NCBI GenBank assembly: GCA_964636215.1
Contig: CAZWRJ010000005.1
Span: 1 to 40,848, forward strand
Length of the DNA stretch: 40,848 nucleotides
Reading direction: 5' to 3'
DNA from: an uncultured Candidatus Saccharibacteria bacterium
Lineage (GTDB): Bacteria > Patescibacteriota > Saccharimonadia > Saccharimonadales > CAZJQT01
Below, piece by piece: positions 25,528-33,777 of this stretch. A program made the translations under genes and the position numbers. How positions within the stretch are numbered: position 1 is the stretch's first letter; each line of letters begins with the position of its first letter. The notes under the pieces were generated by a model, which was not told the origin of the DNA, did not search any database, and worked only from the letters and a program-made list of their open reading frames with translations.

Positions 25528-26256
25528 ATGCCGGCGACCCAACCCCCGTCCCAACGTCCGCCCCGCGGTCGCGGTGCTCAAGGTGGAGGCCATCAGCCCC
25601 CGCCCACCAACCCCACGCAGGCCTGGATGACCGGAGTCGATCAGTTCGGCGCCGACACCGTGGCCTGGATGGCGCGCACCGACGGCCGTCTCGACTTCAC
25701 CGACGCCCAGCTCGACTGGCAGCGCGACTTCAACGGTCTCGCCGTCCAGTGGGCCGAAGCCGTCGACGAGTGGGGTCAGACCGCCGAGACGCGGTTCACC
25801 ACGCTGTTCGACCGGACCGAGGCGCTCAGGGCGCACGTCAACGACAACCGTCAGGCCACGACCAACCTGCACCGTCGACTCACCGTCGTCGAGCGGGCCG
25901 CTGGCATCGCCACTCGGATCCCGTTGTGGGGCTACCTCATCGTCACCGTGGCTGGCTGTCTCGCTGGGCTCCTCTGGAGCGCTGCCGACTTCGCCCGCGA
26001 CGCGACGATCACGGACGCGGCCGGTACGGTCTCGCACGTGACGGTCAGCTACCAGATCGCCGAGAACCCGCTGTCCGCCATCATCGTCGGCCTGCTCGTC
26101 GGCATCATCGCCCTGGTCTTCGTACCCAGGGAGGTGCCCCCCGAGCCGGAACCGCAGAACACGGGCGCCAACCCCCAGGCCCAGCCCGCCGCCCAGCAGC
26201 AGCCGCAGAACGCGCAACCCGCGCCGACGCAGCCGCAGCCCGTGGCAGGACTCTGA
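25528..26256 (+). CDS. membrane protein with two TM helices and Pro/Gln-rich termini (island gene 1)
   Basis: This is the frame with strong GC3 bias and a realistic composition. TM spans are IPLWGYLIVTVAGCLAGLLWSAA and LSAIIVGLLVGIIALVFV. ATG 25528 lies 8 nt after GGTAGG; the alternative is GTG 25519. Competing frames are Arg/Gly-rich junk. Confidence 0.75.
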   Translation: MPATQPPSQRPPRGRGAQGGGHQPPPTNPTQAWMTGVDQFGADTVAWMARTDGRLDFTDAQLDWQRDFNGLAVQWAEAVDEWGQTAETRFTTLFDRTEALRAHVNDNRQATTNLHRRLTVVERAAGIATRIPLWGYLIVTVAGCLAGLLWSAADFARDATITDAAGTVSHVTVSYQIAENPLSAIIVGLLVGIIALVFVPREVPPEPEPQNTGANPQAQPAAQQQPQNAQPAPTQPQPVAGL

Positions 26257-26380
26257 GGGCGCAAGGAATAGAGGCCTAAAAACCTCACCGGCATGACACC
26301 GGTCAACATGTCCGTAATATAACGGGGTAGCTCCGTTACGCGCATCCGTCCCTGGCGTGGTCAATTAGGGAACGTGGAAA

Positions 26381-27331
26381 ATGGAAAGGATGGTGGTCCA
26401 GATGGGCCTTCTTCGCCGAGTCGGAGGTGGCGTCGCCGCGGGCCTCCTCCTTCTGTTTGTGGTGTCGGCGTTCTTCCCGGTGCTGAACCCGTTCGCGGGC
26501 GCAGCAACGACTACGTCGACGACGTCAACGACAACACCTCCCGCGGGGTGTACCAGCCAGTTGCACTTCTACGCGACGGACGTGTCCAGCAACTTCAACG
26601 GACCGCCGGTCATCCAGACCGACGTTCCCGGACAAGAAGCTGAGCTCCACACCCGTCGCTGCGCAGACCCGGCCCTTGTGGTCGAACACGCGCATGTCAA
26701 CCAGTTGCCCGGCTTCGCCGAGTTGAATGGTGACCAGCAGTTCGCGGACAAGGTCCGAGAACTGGCCTGGAACCATGAGCTCTGGGGACAGACCATCAAG
26801 CAGCTGGAAGACAAGGAGGCCACGGCAGTCGCTTCCGACGAGACCATGAGCGGGTCGTATGACACGCTCTACATGCTCGACGGTGTGACAGACGTTCCGC
26901 TGATCCGTAAGGCACAGCCCGATCGTCCGTCGTTCGCGGTCCTGCGGTTCACCTACGCCGATGGTTCGGTGGTGAACTTCAAGCTCGACTGCGGGTTCCA
27001 GCCAGTCGGGCAGTTCCCGAACGTGCCGCCGGTGGAGACACCTCCCCCGCCTCACGTTCCCCCGCCGCCGTCAACCACGACGACGGTGTGCATCCCCAAC
27101 GGGCACGAGAACTGCGGCAAGGACGCATCAACGTCGCCGTCCACCTCGATCGTGGTTACCTGTCCGGATGGATGGCATCTCCCTCGTGGAGGTACTTCCG
27201 TCAGCGACTGCGTCAAAGATGTGGTCATCACCACGACCACCACCACGGCCCCGGCTCCGCCCACAACGGTAAGCCCACCCGTGACACCCCCAAACACCAG
27301 CCCACCGACCACAGGCGTTCAGCCTCACTGA
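26381..27331 (+). CDS. secreted Thr/Pro-rich protein (island gene 2)
   Basis: GC3-biased frame. Signal peptide (GGGVAAGLLLLFVVSAFFPVLNPFAGA), a poly-Thr linker, a ~200-aa globular part, then a PPVETPPPPHVPPPP linker, a 4-Cys module and a TTTTTAPAPPTTVSPPVTPP tail. Start could be ATG 26381, 26390 or 26402. Confidence 0.75.
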   Translation: MERMVVQMGLLRRVGGGVAAGLLLLFVVSAFFPVLNPFAGAATTTSTTSTTTPPAGCTSQLHFYATDVSSNFNGPPVIQTDVPGQEAELHTRRCADPALVVEHAHVNQLPGFAELNGDQQFADKVRELAWNHELWGQTIKQLEDKEATAVASDETMSGSYDTLYMLDGVTDVPLIRKAQPDRPSFAVLRFTYADGSVVNFKLDCGFQPVGQFPNVPPVETPPPPHVPPPPSTTTTVCIPNGHENCGKDASTSPSTSIVVTCPDGWHLPRGGTSVSDCVKDVVITTTTTTAPAPPTTVSPPVTPPNTSPPTTGVQPH

Positions 27332-27368
27332 TCGACCGGCAAGTACGGAAGGGAGGTGGTCCAAGTTC

Positions 27369-27437
27369 GGGTCCTGGTGCACGTGCTGCCCAAGCACACT
27401 CTCCCACTCACCCCTCCGGGAGAGAGCACCAGGACCC
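27369..27437 (+). repeat. nested inverted repeat (three-way-junction-like) at the right edge of the island
   Basis: Perfect 12-bp outer stem GGGTCCTGGTGC / GCACCAGGACCC. It encloses two hairpins: GTGCT-GCCCA-AGCAC and CTCTCCC-(12 nt)-GGGAGAG. Confidence 0.55.
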
Positions 27438-27523
27438 TCAGGTCTCTTGAAAGTATTAAGCTCTAGGCTTTGAGCGCGCAGCTAATGCGTGATCGCCTAT
27501 TGAGCGAAGTTGTCACAAAACTT

Positions 27524-27585
27524 GTGAGTCTGGTTTGCCTTTCGGCAATCGCGCATCCGCGCACCAGACTCACAGCAACTTTTTA
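27524..27585 (+). terminator. second nested inverted repeat followed by a T-run (terminator-like)
   Basis: Perfect 11-bp outer stem GTGAGTCTGGT / ACCAGACTCAC. It encloses TTGCC-TTTC-GGCAA and GCGC-ATCC-GCGC, followed by AGCAAC and TTTTT. Confidence 0.45.
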
Positions 27586-27690
27586 TGAATTGTAACGATC
27601 TGATTTGGACGCTCCTTAACAATCTACTCAGCGACAACTTTCAATAATTTCAATTTGCTATTTAATTCATTTTTCACCAAGGAGGTGTAT

Positions 27691-29277
27691 ATGAAACGAT
27701 TACTTTCACGTCTGTCGACTCGTAGCAAGCTGGCAATTGGTGCTGCATTAGCACTAGTTGCGATTGCCATACCAGCAGTGGTTATGGCCGGCTTTGGTCC
27801 AGATCGACCGACAAAAGTTTACACTGGCCCAGGAACTCCTGGGTTCGATCATGTTACGTTTGACTCATTCACTAATGTTCCCGGTATAGGTGACGAGCGC
27901 GCCTTTTTCACTGGCGCCTATCCTAACGGAACCGTCTTAACTGATCCGCTTGCGGAAGTTAAGGACGGTGACGAACTGACCCTACAAGTTCTAGTTCACA
28001 ACAACGCTGATGCTAGCCTTAACACTGTGCCCGATGGCCACGGTGGTTTCAAGGGAATCGCCAAGAACACAATGGTGCGAGTAGCTCTGCCAACTGGTTC
28101 TAAAGCCAGCCAACAGGCTACAGCCTACATAAGTGCTGACAATGCCCAGCCTCAGCAAATATTTGACACCATGAACTTCGGTTCTAAAGACGGTAGTTCC
28201 TTTAGCTTGGAATACGAAAAGGGTAGTGCCCACGTCCGTGGTAACTACATCAACCAAGCCTTAAGTGACAACATCGTAAGTGGTGGTGCACTAGTTGGTA
28301 CAGTAGCCGCTGACGGTAACGTCAAAGGTTGTTTCCAACAAGAAGTACTGGTCACCCTAAAAGTCAAGGTCCATATACCTAAGTACACTATCCAAAAGGA
28401 AGTGCGCTTCAAGGGACAAGGTCCCAGTGACTGGAAGGAATCAGTTAACGCTAAAGTTGGTGACACCCTAGAGTGGTCAATTAAGTTTGACAACCTTGGA
28501 TCCGAACAACTCAATAACGTAATTGTTCTTGACCAAGTTCCAGCTGGACTAAATGTTGTATCCCAATCAGTAGTTCTCTATAACGGAAACTACCCAGATG
28601 GTTACACATTTCCTGACAGCGCTATTCAAGCCAATGGCCGCCAGATTAATGTAAATATCGGCAGCTACAATCAACTTGACCCTAGCGACCAAGCCAATGG
28701 TTTGGTGTCCGCTCAGGTAATCTTTGCTACTAAAGTTGCAGAGCTTTCTGGCGATAAGTGTGGAACAGTTGGTTTAACTAACCAAGCCTGGATCACACCA
28801 GAAGGTCTCAGCTATATCTACGACACAGCAAGCGCAAACGTTAACTCTGGCAAAGAATGTCAGAACCCAACATTTGTTTGTAAAGCTGTCACCGTTGACA
28901 AGCTAGACGACCGAACTGTCAGTGTCAAAGTGACACCTGACTTCACTGGTAAAGACGTTAGTGTGGAAAGCTACACCTACAATTTCGGTGATGGCTCAAC
29001 TCCAAAAACTACCGATCAAACACCGCTAAAGCACACCTACGCTAAGGACGGCACCTATCACATCGTGACTAGTGTCAACTTCTTGGTAAAGGGTCAAATG
29101 CATAACGGTGTCACTAGTGACGCTTGTGCCCAAAACGTTACCTTTAGTACTGAGACAACTCCTCCAAGTGAGTTGCCAAACACTGGTGCTGGTAATGTTG
29201 TCGGTATCTTCACCGCAGTCACCGTAGCTGGCGCATTAGCGCACCGCTACTGGTTGAACCGCCGTGTAAGTGCTTAA
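27691..29277 (+). CDS. LPNTG-anchored surface protein with DUF11-like and PKD domains
   Basis: AAGGAGGTG SD 5 nt before ATG 27691. Signal peptide ending AVVMA. DUF11-like block (VGDTLEWSIKFDNLGSEQLNNVIVLDQVPAGL). PKD signature (YNFGDGS...HTYAKDGTYHI). C-terminal LPNTG + TM + RRVSA. Confidence 0.85.
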   Translation: MKRLLSRLSTRSKLAIGAALALVAIAIPAVVMAGFGPDRPTKVYTGPGTPGFDHVTFDSFTNVPGIGDERAFFTGAYPNGTVLTDPLAEVKDGDELTLQVLVHNNADASLNTVPDGHGGFKGIAKNTMVRVALPTGSKASQQATAYISADNAQPQQIFDTMNFGSKDGSSFSLEYEKGSAHVRGNYINQALSDNIVSGGALVGTVAADGNVKGCFQQEVLVTLKVKVHIPKYTIQKEVRFKGQGPSDWKESVNAKVGDTLEWSIKFDNLGSEQLNNVIVLDQVPAGLNVVSQSVVLYNGNYPDGYTFPDSAIQANGRQINVNIGSYNQLDPSDQANGLVSAQVIFATKVAELSGDKCGTVGLTNQAWITPEGLSYIYDTASANVNSGKECQNPTFVCKAVTVDKLDDRTVSVKVTPDFTGKDVSVESYTYNFGDGSTPKTTDQTPLKHTYAKDGTYHIVTSVNFLVKGQMHNGVTSDACAQNVTFSTETTPPSELPNTGAGNVVGIFTAVTVAGALAHRYWLNRRVSA

Positions 29278-29296
29278 CAAATACCACTAAAAAAGT

Positions 29297-29331
29297 GAAA
29301 TCCCCGGGCTATTAATAGTCCGGGGATTTTC
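29297..29331 (+). terminator. intrinsic terminator
   Basis: GAAATCCCCGG-(12 nt)-CCGGGGATTTT hairpin running into a T-tract, 20 nt after the stop codon. Confidence 0.75.
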
Positions 29332-29384
29332 ATATTCACCTCTGTTATGTTACAATTTGCCCGTTCATAAAGCCGCTTTTTTGC

Positions 29385-29459
29385 GGTCCCATCGTCTAGC
29401 GGTTAGGACACCAGGTTTTCATCCTGGCAACAGGGGTTCGATTCCCCTTGGGATCACCA
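29385..29459 (+). tRNA. tRNA-Glu (anticodon UUC), CCA encoded
   Basis: GGTCCCATCGTCTAGCGGTTAGGACACCAGGTTTTCATCCTGGCAACAGGGGTTCGATTCCCCTTGGGATCACCA folds as a cloverleaf with anticodon loop TTTTCAT. Confidence 0.9.
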
Positions 29460-29523
29460 AGTATAACCTTTTGATTAACAGATACTTGTCCGATTAAGCC
29501 ATAACCAGTTACACTAAAGGTAA

Positions 29524-30963
29524 ATGGTGGACAGTACTAGAAGAATCCCTAATGTTCCAATTGCTGAATTCAAGCGTACTAAAATAGTAGCCACAGTTGG
29601 ACCAGCCACGAACAGTTACGCGGCTATTCTGTCATTGATTAAAGCCGGGGCTAATGGAATAAGACTAAACTTTAGTCATGGCACTTACGAAGAAAGAACG
29701 CAACAGATTAAATGGATCCGAAAAGCTTCCGAGGAGTACGGTAAACCTGTTTCTATAATCCAAGATCTTCAAGGTCCCAAAATTCGCCTGGGCGATTTCG
29801 AGGGAGTGGTGCCGGTGGTTACTGGCCAGAATCTACAGTTTAAATACCAAGCTGATTACCAACGAGACAAAATCTTCCCAACCCAATATGATTTGTCCAA
29901 AAAAGTGAAGCGAGGCGAGCGCTTGTACCTCTATGACGGCAAAATCAGAACTACAGTCAGTAGTGTGACCGACGACGTCATACACGCTAGAGCTGAAAAC
30001 GACGGTATCTTAATACAACGTAAGGGCATTAACCTACCAGATACTAACTTTGAAGGTGATGTCATAACCGCTAAAGACAAAAAGGACTTAGCCTTTGGTT
30101 CAACCCAAGACATTGATTATGTAGCCCAAAGCTTTGTGCAGAGCGCCCAAGATATCGCTGCTATACGTAAGCTTATCCAAAACCTAGGCATGAACGCCAA
30201 AATTATCGTTAAATTCGAAACCAAAGCGGCTGTCGAAAATATGGAGGCAATTGTCAAAGAGGCTGATGTAATTATGATTGCTAGGGGTGACCTGTCGGTT
30301 GAAGCTCCAACTGAATCAGTGCCATTAATCCAGCGTCAATTGATTGATCTTGGCAAAATCCATACCAAGCCGACCATCGTAGCAACCCAGATGTTATTTA
30401 GTATGATCGAATCACCCGAACCTACACGAGCAGAAGTTTCGGACGTGGCTACAGCTGTTCTACTGGGTGCTGACGCCTTGATGCTTAGCGACGAAACAGC
30501 TAACGGTAAATATCCAGAAATGGCCGTGGAAACGATGAAGAAGGTAATTTTATATACTCAGTCACACGCTGTAGCCAAGACAAATATGGAAGGTGAGTCA
30601 CCTGAAGCCAACCGTCAAAGTGCTATTTCCAACTCGATCATTAAGCTAGCCGATATTTTAGATGCCGCCGCCATTGTTGCCGAGACTAAATCAGGTGCCA
30701 CAGCCCTAAGGATTGCTGCTCATCGTCCAGTTCGACCAATTATTGCCGTTACTAGTGAGGCTCGGGTATCACAGCAATTGGCTATCGTCTACGGTACCAA
30801 GAATTACGTTCGGCCGGATGACAAACTAGCGGCCACTAAATTAACTAATTGGTTACGCGAAAAGAAAGTACTGAACAAGGGTGATATCGTAGTGACAGCT
30901 TCAGGACAACATCCCGGTGTGGTTGGCACGACTGATACTATTAAAGTAAGGGTACTAGAGTAA
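29524..30963 (+). CDS. pyk: pyruvate kinase
   Basis: KIVATVGPAT, RLNFSHG, IIVKFETKAAVEN and MIARGDLSVE motifs; 479 aa. Confidence 0.9.
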   Translation: MVDSTRRIPNVPIAEFKRTKIVATVGPATNSYAAILSLIKAGANGIRLNFSHGTYEERTQQIKWIRKASEEYGKPVSIIQDLQGPKIRLGDFEGVVPVVTGQNLQFKYQADYQRDKIFPTQYDLSKKVKRGERLYLYDGKIRTTVSSVTDDVIHARAENDGILIQRKGINLPDTNFEGDVITAKDKKDLAFGSTQDIDYVAQSFVQSAQDIAAIRKLIQNLGMNAKIIVKFETKAAVENMEAIVKEADVIMIARGDLSVEAPTESVPLIQRQLIDLGKIHTKPTIVATQMLFSMIESPEPTRAEVSDVATAVLLGADALMLSDETANGKYPEMAVETMKKVILYTQSHAVAKTNMEGESPEANRQSAISNSIIKLADILDAAAIVAETKSGATALRIAAHRPVRPIIAVTSEARVSQQLAIVYGTKNYVRPDDKLAATKLTNWLREKKVLNKGDIVVTASGQHPGVVGTTDTIKVRVLE

Positions 30964-30987
30964 AGACTAATAAGGGTGGAATGAAAC

Positions 30988-32280
30988 GTGGGCTTCTGGA
31001 AAAAAACAATTAAAGAATATGATCTTGGCGGCAAGCGTATCCTGCTGCGTGTTGACTACAATGTGCCACTGGATGATGACGGCCACATTACTGATGATTA
31101 CCGCATTAAAAAGTCGTTACCAACCATCCAGTACTTACTTGAGCAAAATTGCAGTTTAGTTATTTGTTCGCATCTCGGACGACCCGAAGGCAAGGTCGAT
31201 AAGCACTTAAGCCTCAAGCCCTGTGCCGAGAGGCTTAGTAAATTGATTAAAAAACCGGTTGAGTTTGCTGAAGATTGTATTGGTGAAGAGGTAACCAGGA
31301 AAGTTAACGAGCTGAAACATGGTGAACTGTTGGTTCTAGAAAATGTTCGTTTTCACCCTGAAGAAGAAGCCAATGATGAAGGTTTTGCCAAACAGATGGC
31401 CGCATACGGGGAAGTTTTTGTCCAAGATGCCTTTGGAGTTGTGCATCATCCAGCAGTGACGGTATCGGAATTGCCCAAATATCTGCCAGCAGTGGCCGGT
31501 CTTTTGGTGGAGAAGGAAGTTGATACTATAACCAACGCTATAGATAACCCTAATCGTCCGCTGATGGCCATCATTGGCGGTGCCAAGATTGTTGATAAAA
31601 TCGACATCCTAAACCGGTTCATTGATATAGCCGATTTCGTGGCTATTGGCGGTGCTATGGCCAACACATTTCTAAAAGCCGAAAAAATTGCCATAGGTAA
31701 AAGCGTGGCTGAACCCAAAGAACTACCTCTGGCTAAACTAGTTCTAGAAAAAGCTCGTGAGAAGGCCAAAAAACAACCATTCATCTTTTACTTGCCGCAG
31801 GATGGGGTAGTCGCTACTAGTCTTAGTAAAACCGCCAAAACCCGGATCGTTGACTGGGAAGCTCATGTAATTGCCCAAGAAGAAAACTATCCAAAATTAC
31901 CACCAAAACGCAGCGGTCAAGTTGGCGAAAGTGAACTAATTCTAGATATTGGACCTTTTTCTGGTGCCTTTATTGCCGGTGGTATGCAGCTAGCAAACAC
32001 CGTTATCTGGAACGGCACAATGGGTGTAACTGAAACGCCTGCCCTGCATGGACCGGTCGGACCATTTGCTCACGGTACCGAACTGATCGTTGAAGCTATG
32101 CTTGGTGACTATGGTCATAAACCATTCAGCTTGGTGGGTGGCGGCGATACCGTTGGCTATATCGAAGAACGTAAACTAACTGATTGCTTTAACCATGTCT
32201 CCACCGGAGGCGGTGCTAGCCTAGAACTGCTGAGTGGTAGACCATTGCCCGGGGTTGAGGCTTTATTGAATAAAGAGTAG
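30988..32280 (+). CDS. pgk: phosphoglycerate kinase
   Basis: RVDYNVPL, SHLGRPEG, GGAKIVDKI, GGGDT and STGGGASLE motifs. GTG start. Confidence 0.9.
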   Translation: MGFWKKTIKEYDLGGKRILLRVDYNVPLDDDGHITDDYRIKKSLPTIQYLLEQNCSLVICSHLGRPEGKVDKHLSLKPCAERLSKLIKKPVEFAEDCIGEEVTRKVNELKHGELLVLENVRFHPEEEANDEGFAKQMAAYGEVFVQDAFGVVHHPAVTVSELPKYLPAVAGLLVEKEVDTITNAIDNPNRPLMAIIGGAKIVDKIDILNRFIDIADFVAIGGAMANTFLKAEKIAIGKSVAEPKELPLAKLVLEKAREKAKKQPFIFYLPQDGVVATSLSKTAKTRIVDWEAHVIAQEENYPKLPPKRSGQVGESELILDIGPFSGAFIAGGMQLANTVIWNGTMGVTETPALHGPVGPFAHGTELIVEAMLGDYGHKPFSLVGGGDTVGYIEERKLTDCFNHVSTGGGASLELLSGRPLPGVEALLNKE

Positions 32281-32296
32281 GATAAGCGTAAGAATT

Positions 32297-33103
32297 ATGC
32301 GTAAAACGCTCATTGTTGCCAACTGGAAAATGAATCTTAACGTCAGTGAGGCCAGCTTGCTGGTACATCGCTTAAGTGAACGGATTCGTATTCACCGCGA
32401 TCTGGAAGTGGTGCTAGCGCCAAGTATGTTGGCCCTGCAACCCTTGAGCGTCCAAATCGACCGCCGTAAATTCCGTCTAGCCGCCCAAAACGCCTATCTT
32501 AAGGACGAAGGTGCTTATACAGGAGAAGTCAGTTTCACGATGCTACGTGACCTAGTTAACTACGCCATTGTTGGGCACTCTGATCGTCGTTATAAATTTG
32601 GTGAAGATCTAGCGACCATTAGAGACAAAATGGCCGCCTGTGTTCGAAATGAAATTACACCGATCCTATGCGTTGGCGAAACCAAGCAGGAACGCTTAGA
32701 TAACGAAACCATGCAGGTTATTCATGATCAGGTAACATCGGCTCTCGCTAATGTAACAGCTAGTGAAGTTGAGAACGTCGTCGTTGCCTACGAGCCGGTT
32801 TGGGCGCTAAGCAATGGCACCGATTATGCTCATCACGAAATACCAACACCCGATATCATAGCCCGGGCAGCTAAAGCTATCCGTAACAATATCCGTAACT
32901 TATTTAGTCAAAGGACTGCTGAGCGGGTTCGAGTACTTTACGGTGGCAGCAGCAGCTCCTCTACAGCCACAGGTCTACTAGCAGTAGAAGGTATCGACGG
33001 TTTACTAGTTGGCGGTGCCAGTTTAAACTATCAAGAGTTTAGCGGCATCGTAGAGGCCGCGTATCGATTAGGACATAGCGAGCAGAAAAATGGCGACCAG
33101 TAA
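32297..33103 (+). CDS. tpiA: triosephosphate isomerase
   Basis: VANWKMN, VGHSDRR, CVGE, AYEPVWA and GGASL motifs. Completes a pyk-pgk-tpiA row. Confidence 0.9.
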   Translation: MRKTLIVANWKMNLNVSEASLLVHRLSERIRIHRDLEVVLAPSMLALQPLSVQIDRRKFRLAAQNAYLKDEGAYTGEVSFTMLRDLVNYAIVGHSDRRYKFGEDLATIRDKMAACVRNEITPILCVGETKQERLDNETMQVIHDQVTSALANVTASEVENVVVAYEPVWALSNGTDYAHHEIPTPDIIARAAKAIRNNIRNLFSQRTAERVRVLYGGSSSSSTATGLLAVEGIDGLLVGGASLNYQEFSGIVEAAYRLGHSEQKNGDQ

Positions 33104-33749
33104 AGATAAAACCGGTGACAAAAAAACCATGGACGTCTCTCGTCCTGGTAAGGCTGCACCTGACAGTTCATCGCGCCCAGTTATAGTTACTCATCGACCC
33201 ATGGTTCAGGATCCGATGGTTAAGGACAAGGACGAGTCTAAAGAGCCTGAGGACGAAACCAAAAAGACTATGTCTTATGGTAACAAGGTTATAGCACCAC
33301 TTAGCGAAGAATCTAATACGGAAGACTCCAAAACTGCAGTTGATGAAACCAAGACTGAGGTTAAGGAAACAGAAGACAAGCCTGAAGAAACCACTAAAGA
33401 AGAGAAACCAGCCACTAGCCCCGAGGATATCGAAACCAAACCTAGCAGTGATCAAACGGGTGAAGAGGAAGCAGTAGTTGATGCTACCGCCGAACAAGTT
33501 AAAACTAATAAAAAACCAGAACTAAGCGCCGAAGAAAAAAAGCGCCAGGAAGCTATTCAAAAATTAGTTAATGAGAAAAAATATGTCTTACCTATCGGGC
33601 AGTTTACCAAACGCCGTAATAATCGTAGAGCCGTTTTGATTCTCGTGCTTGTGGCTGTAGTAGCGTTTATGGCCGCTGATTTATTAATTGACGCCAACAT
33701 AATTCAGACCTCAATCAACCCGCCGATAAGTATTTTTCACGATCATTGA
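33090..33749 (+). CDS. acidic/Lys-rich low-complexity protein with a C-terminal TM anchor
   Basis: 219 aa. Long E/K/T/D-rich region (KTEVKETEDKPEETTKEEKP), then RRNNRRAVLILVLVAVVAFMAADLLI. It overlaps the tpiA end by 14 nt. Confidence 0.6.
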   Translation: MATSKDKTGDKKTMDVSRPGKAAPDSSSRPVIVTHRPMVQDPMVKDKDESKEPEDETKKTMSYGNKVIAPLSEESNTEDSKTAVDETKTEVKETEDKPEETTKEEKPATSPEDIETKPSSDQTGEEEAVVDATAEQVKTNKKPELSAEEKKRQEAIQKLVNEKKYVLPIGQFTKRRNNRRAVLILVLVAVVAFMAADLLIDANIIQTSINPPISIFHDH

Positions 33750-33777
33750 CCAAAATTAGGTCTGTTACAATAACCAA

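Larger units (their letters stand above)
25420..27445. other. high-GC island (putative horizontally acquired DNA of actinobacterial type)
   Basis: Hand counts of 60-nt lines give 40/60 G+C at 25681 and 38/60 at 26881, against 26/60 at 24001 in the flank. Long overlapping ORFs occur in all six frames, typical of high-GC DNA. Composition switches within tens of nt at both edges. Confidence 0.8.

Noticed and set aside
25455-27441. Possible terminal inverted repeats of the island: CTGAGG(ATG)GTCCT at 25455-25468 versus AGGACCCTCAG at 27431-27441
   Set aside because: Only 11 matching nt, with a 3-nt gap, found after an unconstrained visual search. No target-site duplication and no transposase or integrase are present. 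This is insufficient to call a mobile element.
25461-27450. Many long ORFs in other frames or on the other strand of the high-GC island (25461..26279 +, 25498..26364 -, 26049..26345 -, 26374..26643 +, 26525..27055 -, 26569..26865 -, 27052..27312 -, 27088..27450 +, 27128..27397 -)
   Set aside because: Their products are Arg/Gly/Pro/Val-rich junk typical of shadow frames in high-GC DNA, and they lack the third-position G/C bias seen in frames 25528..26256 and 26381..27331.
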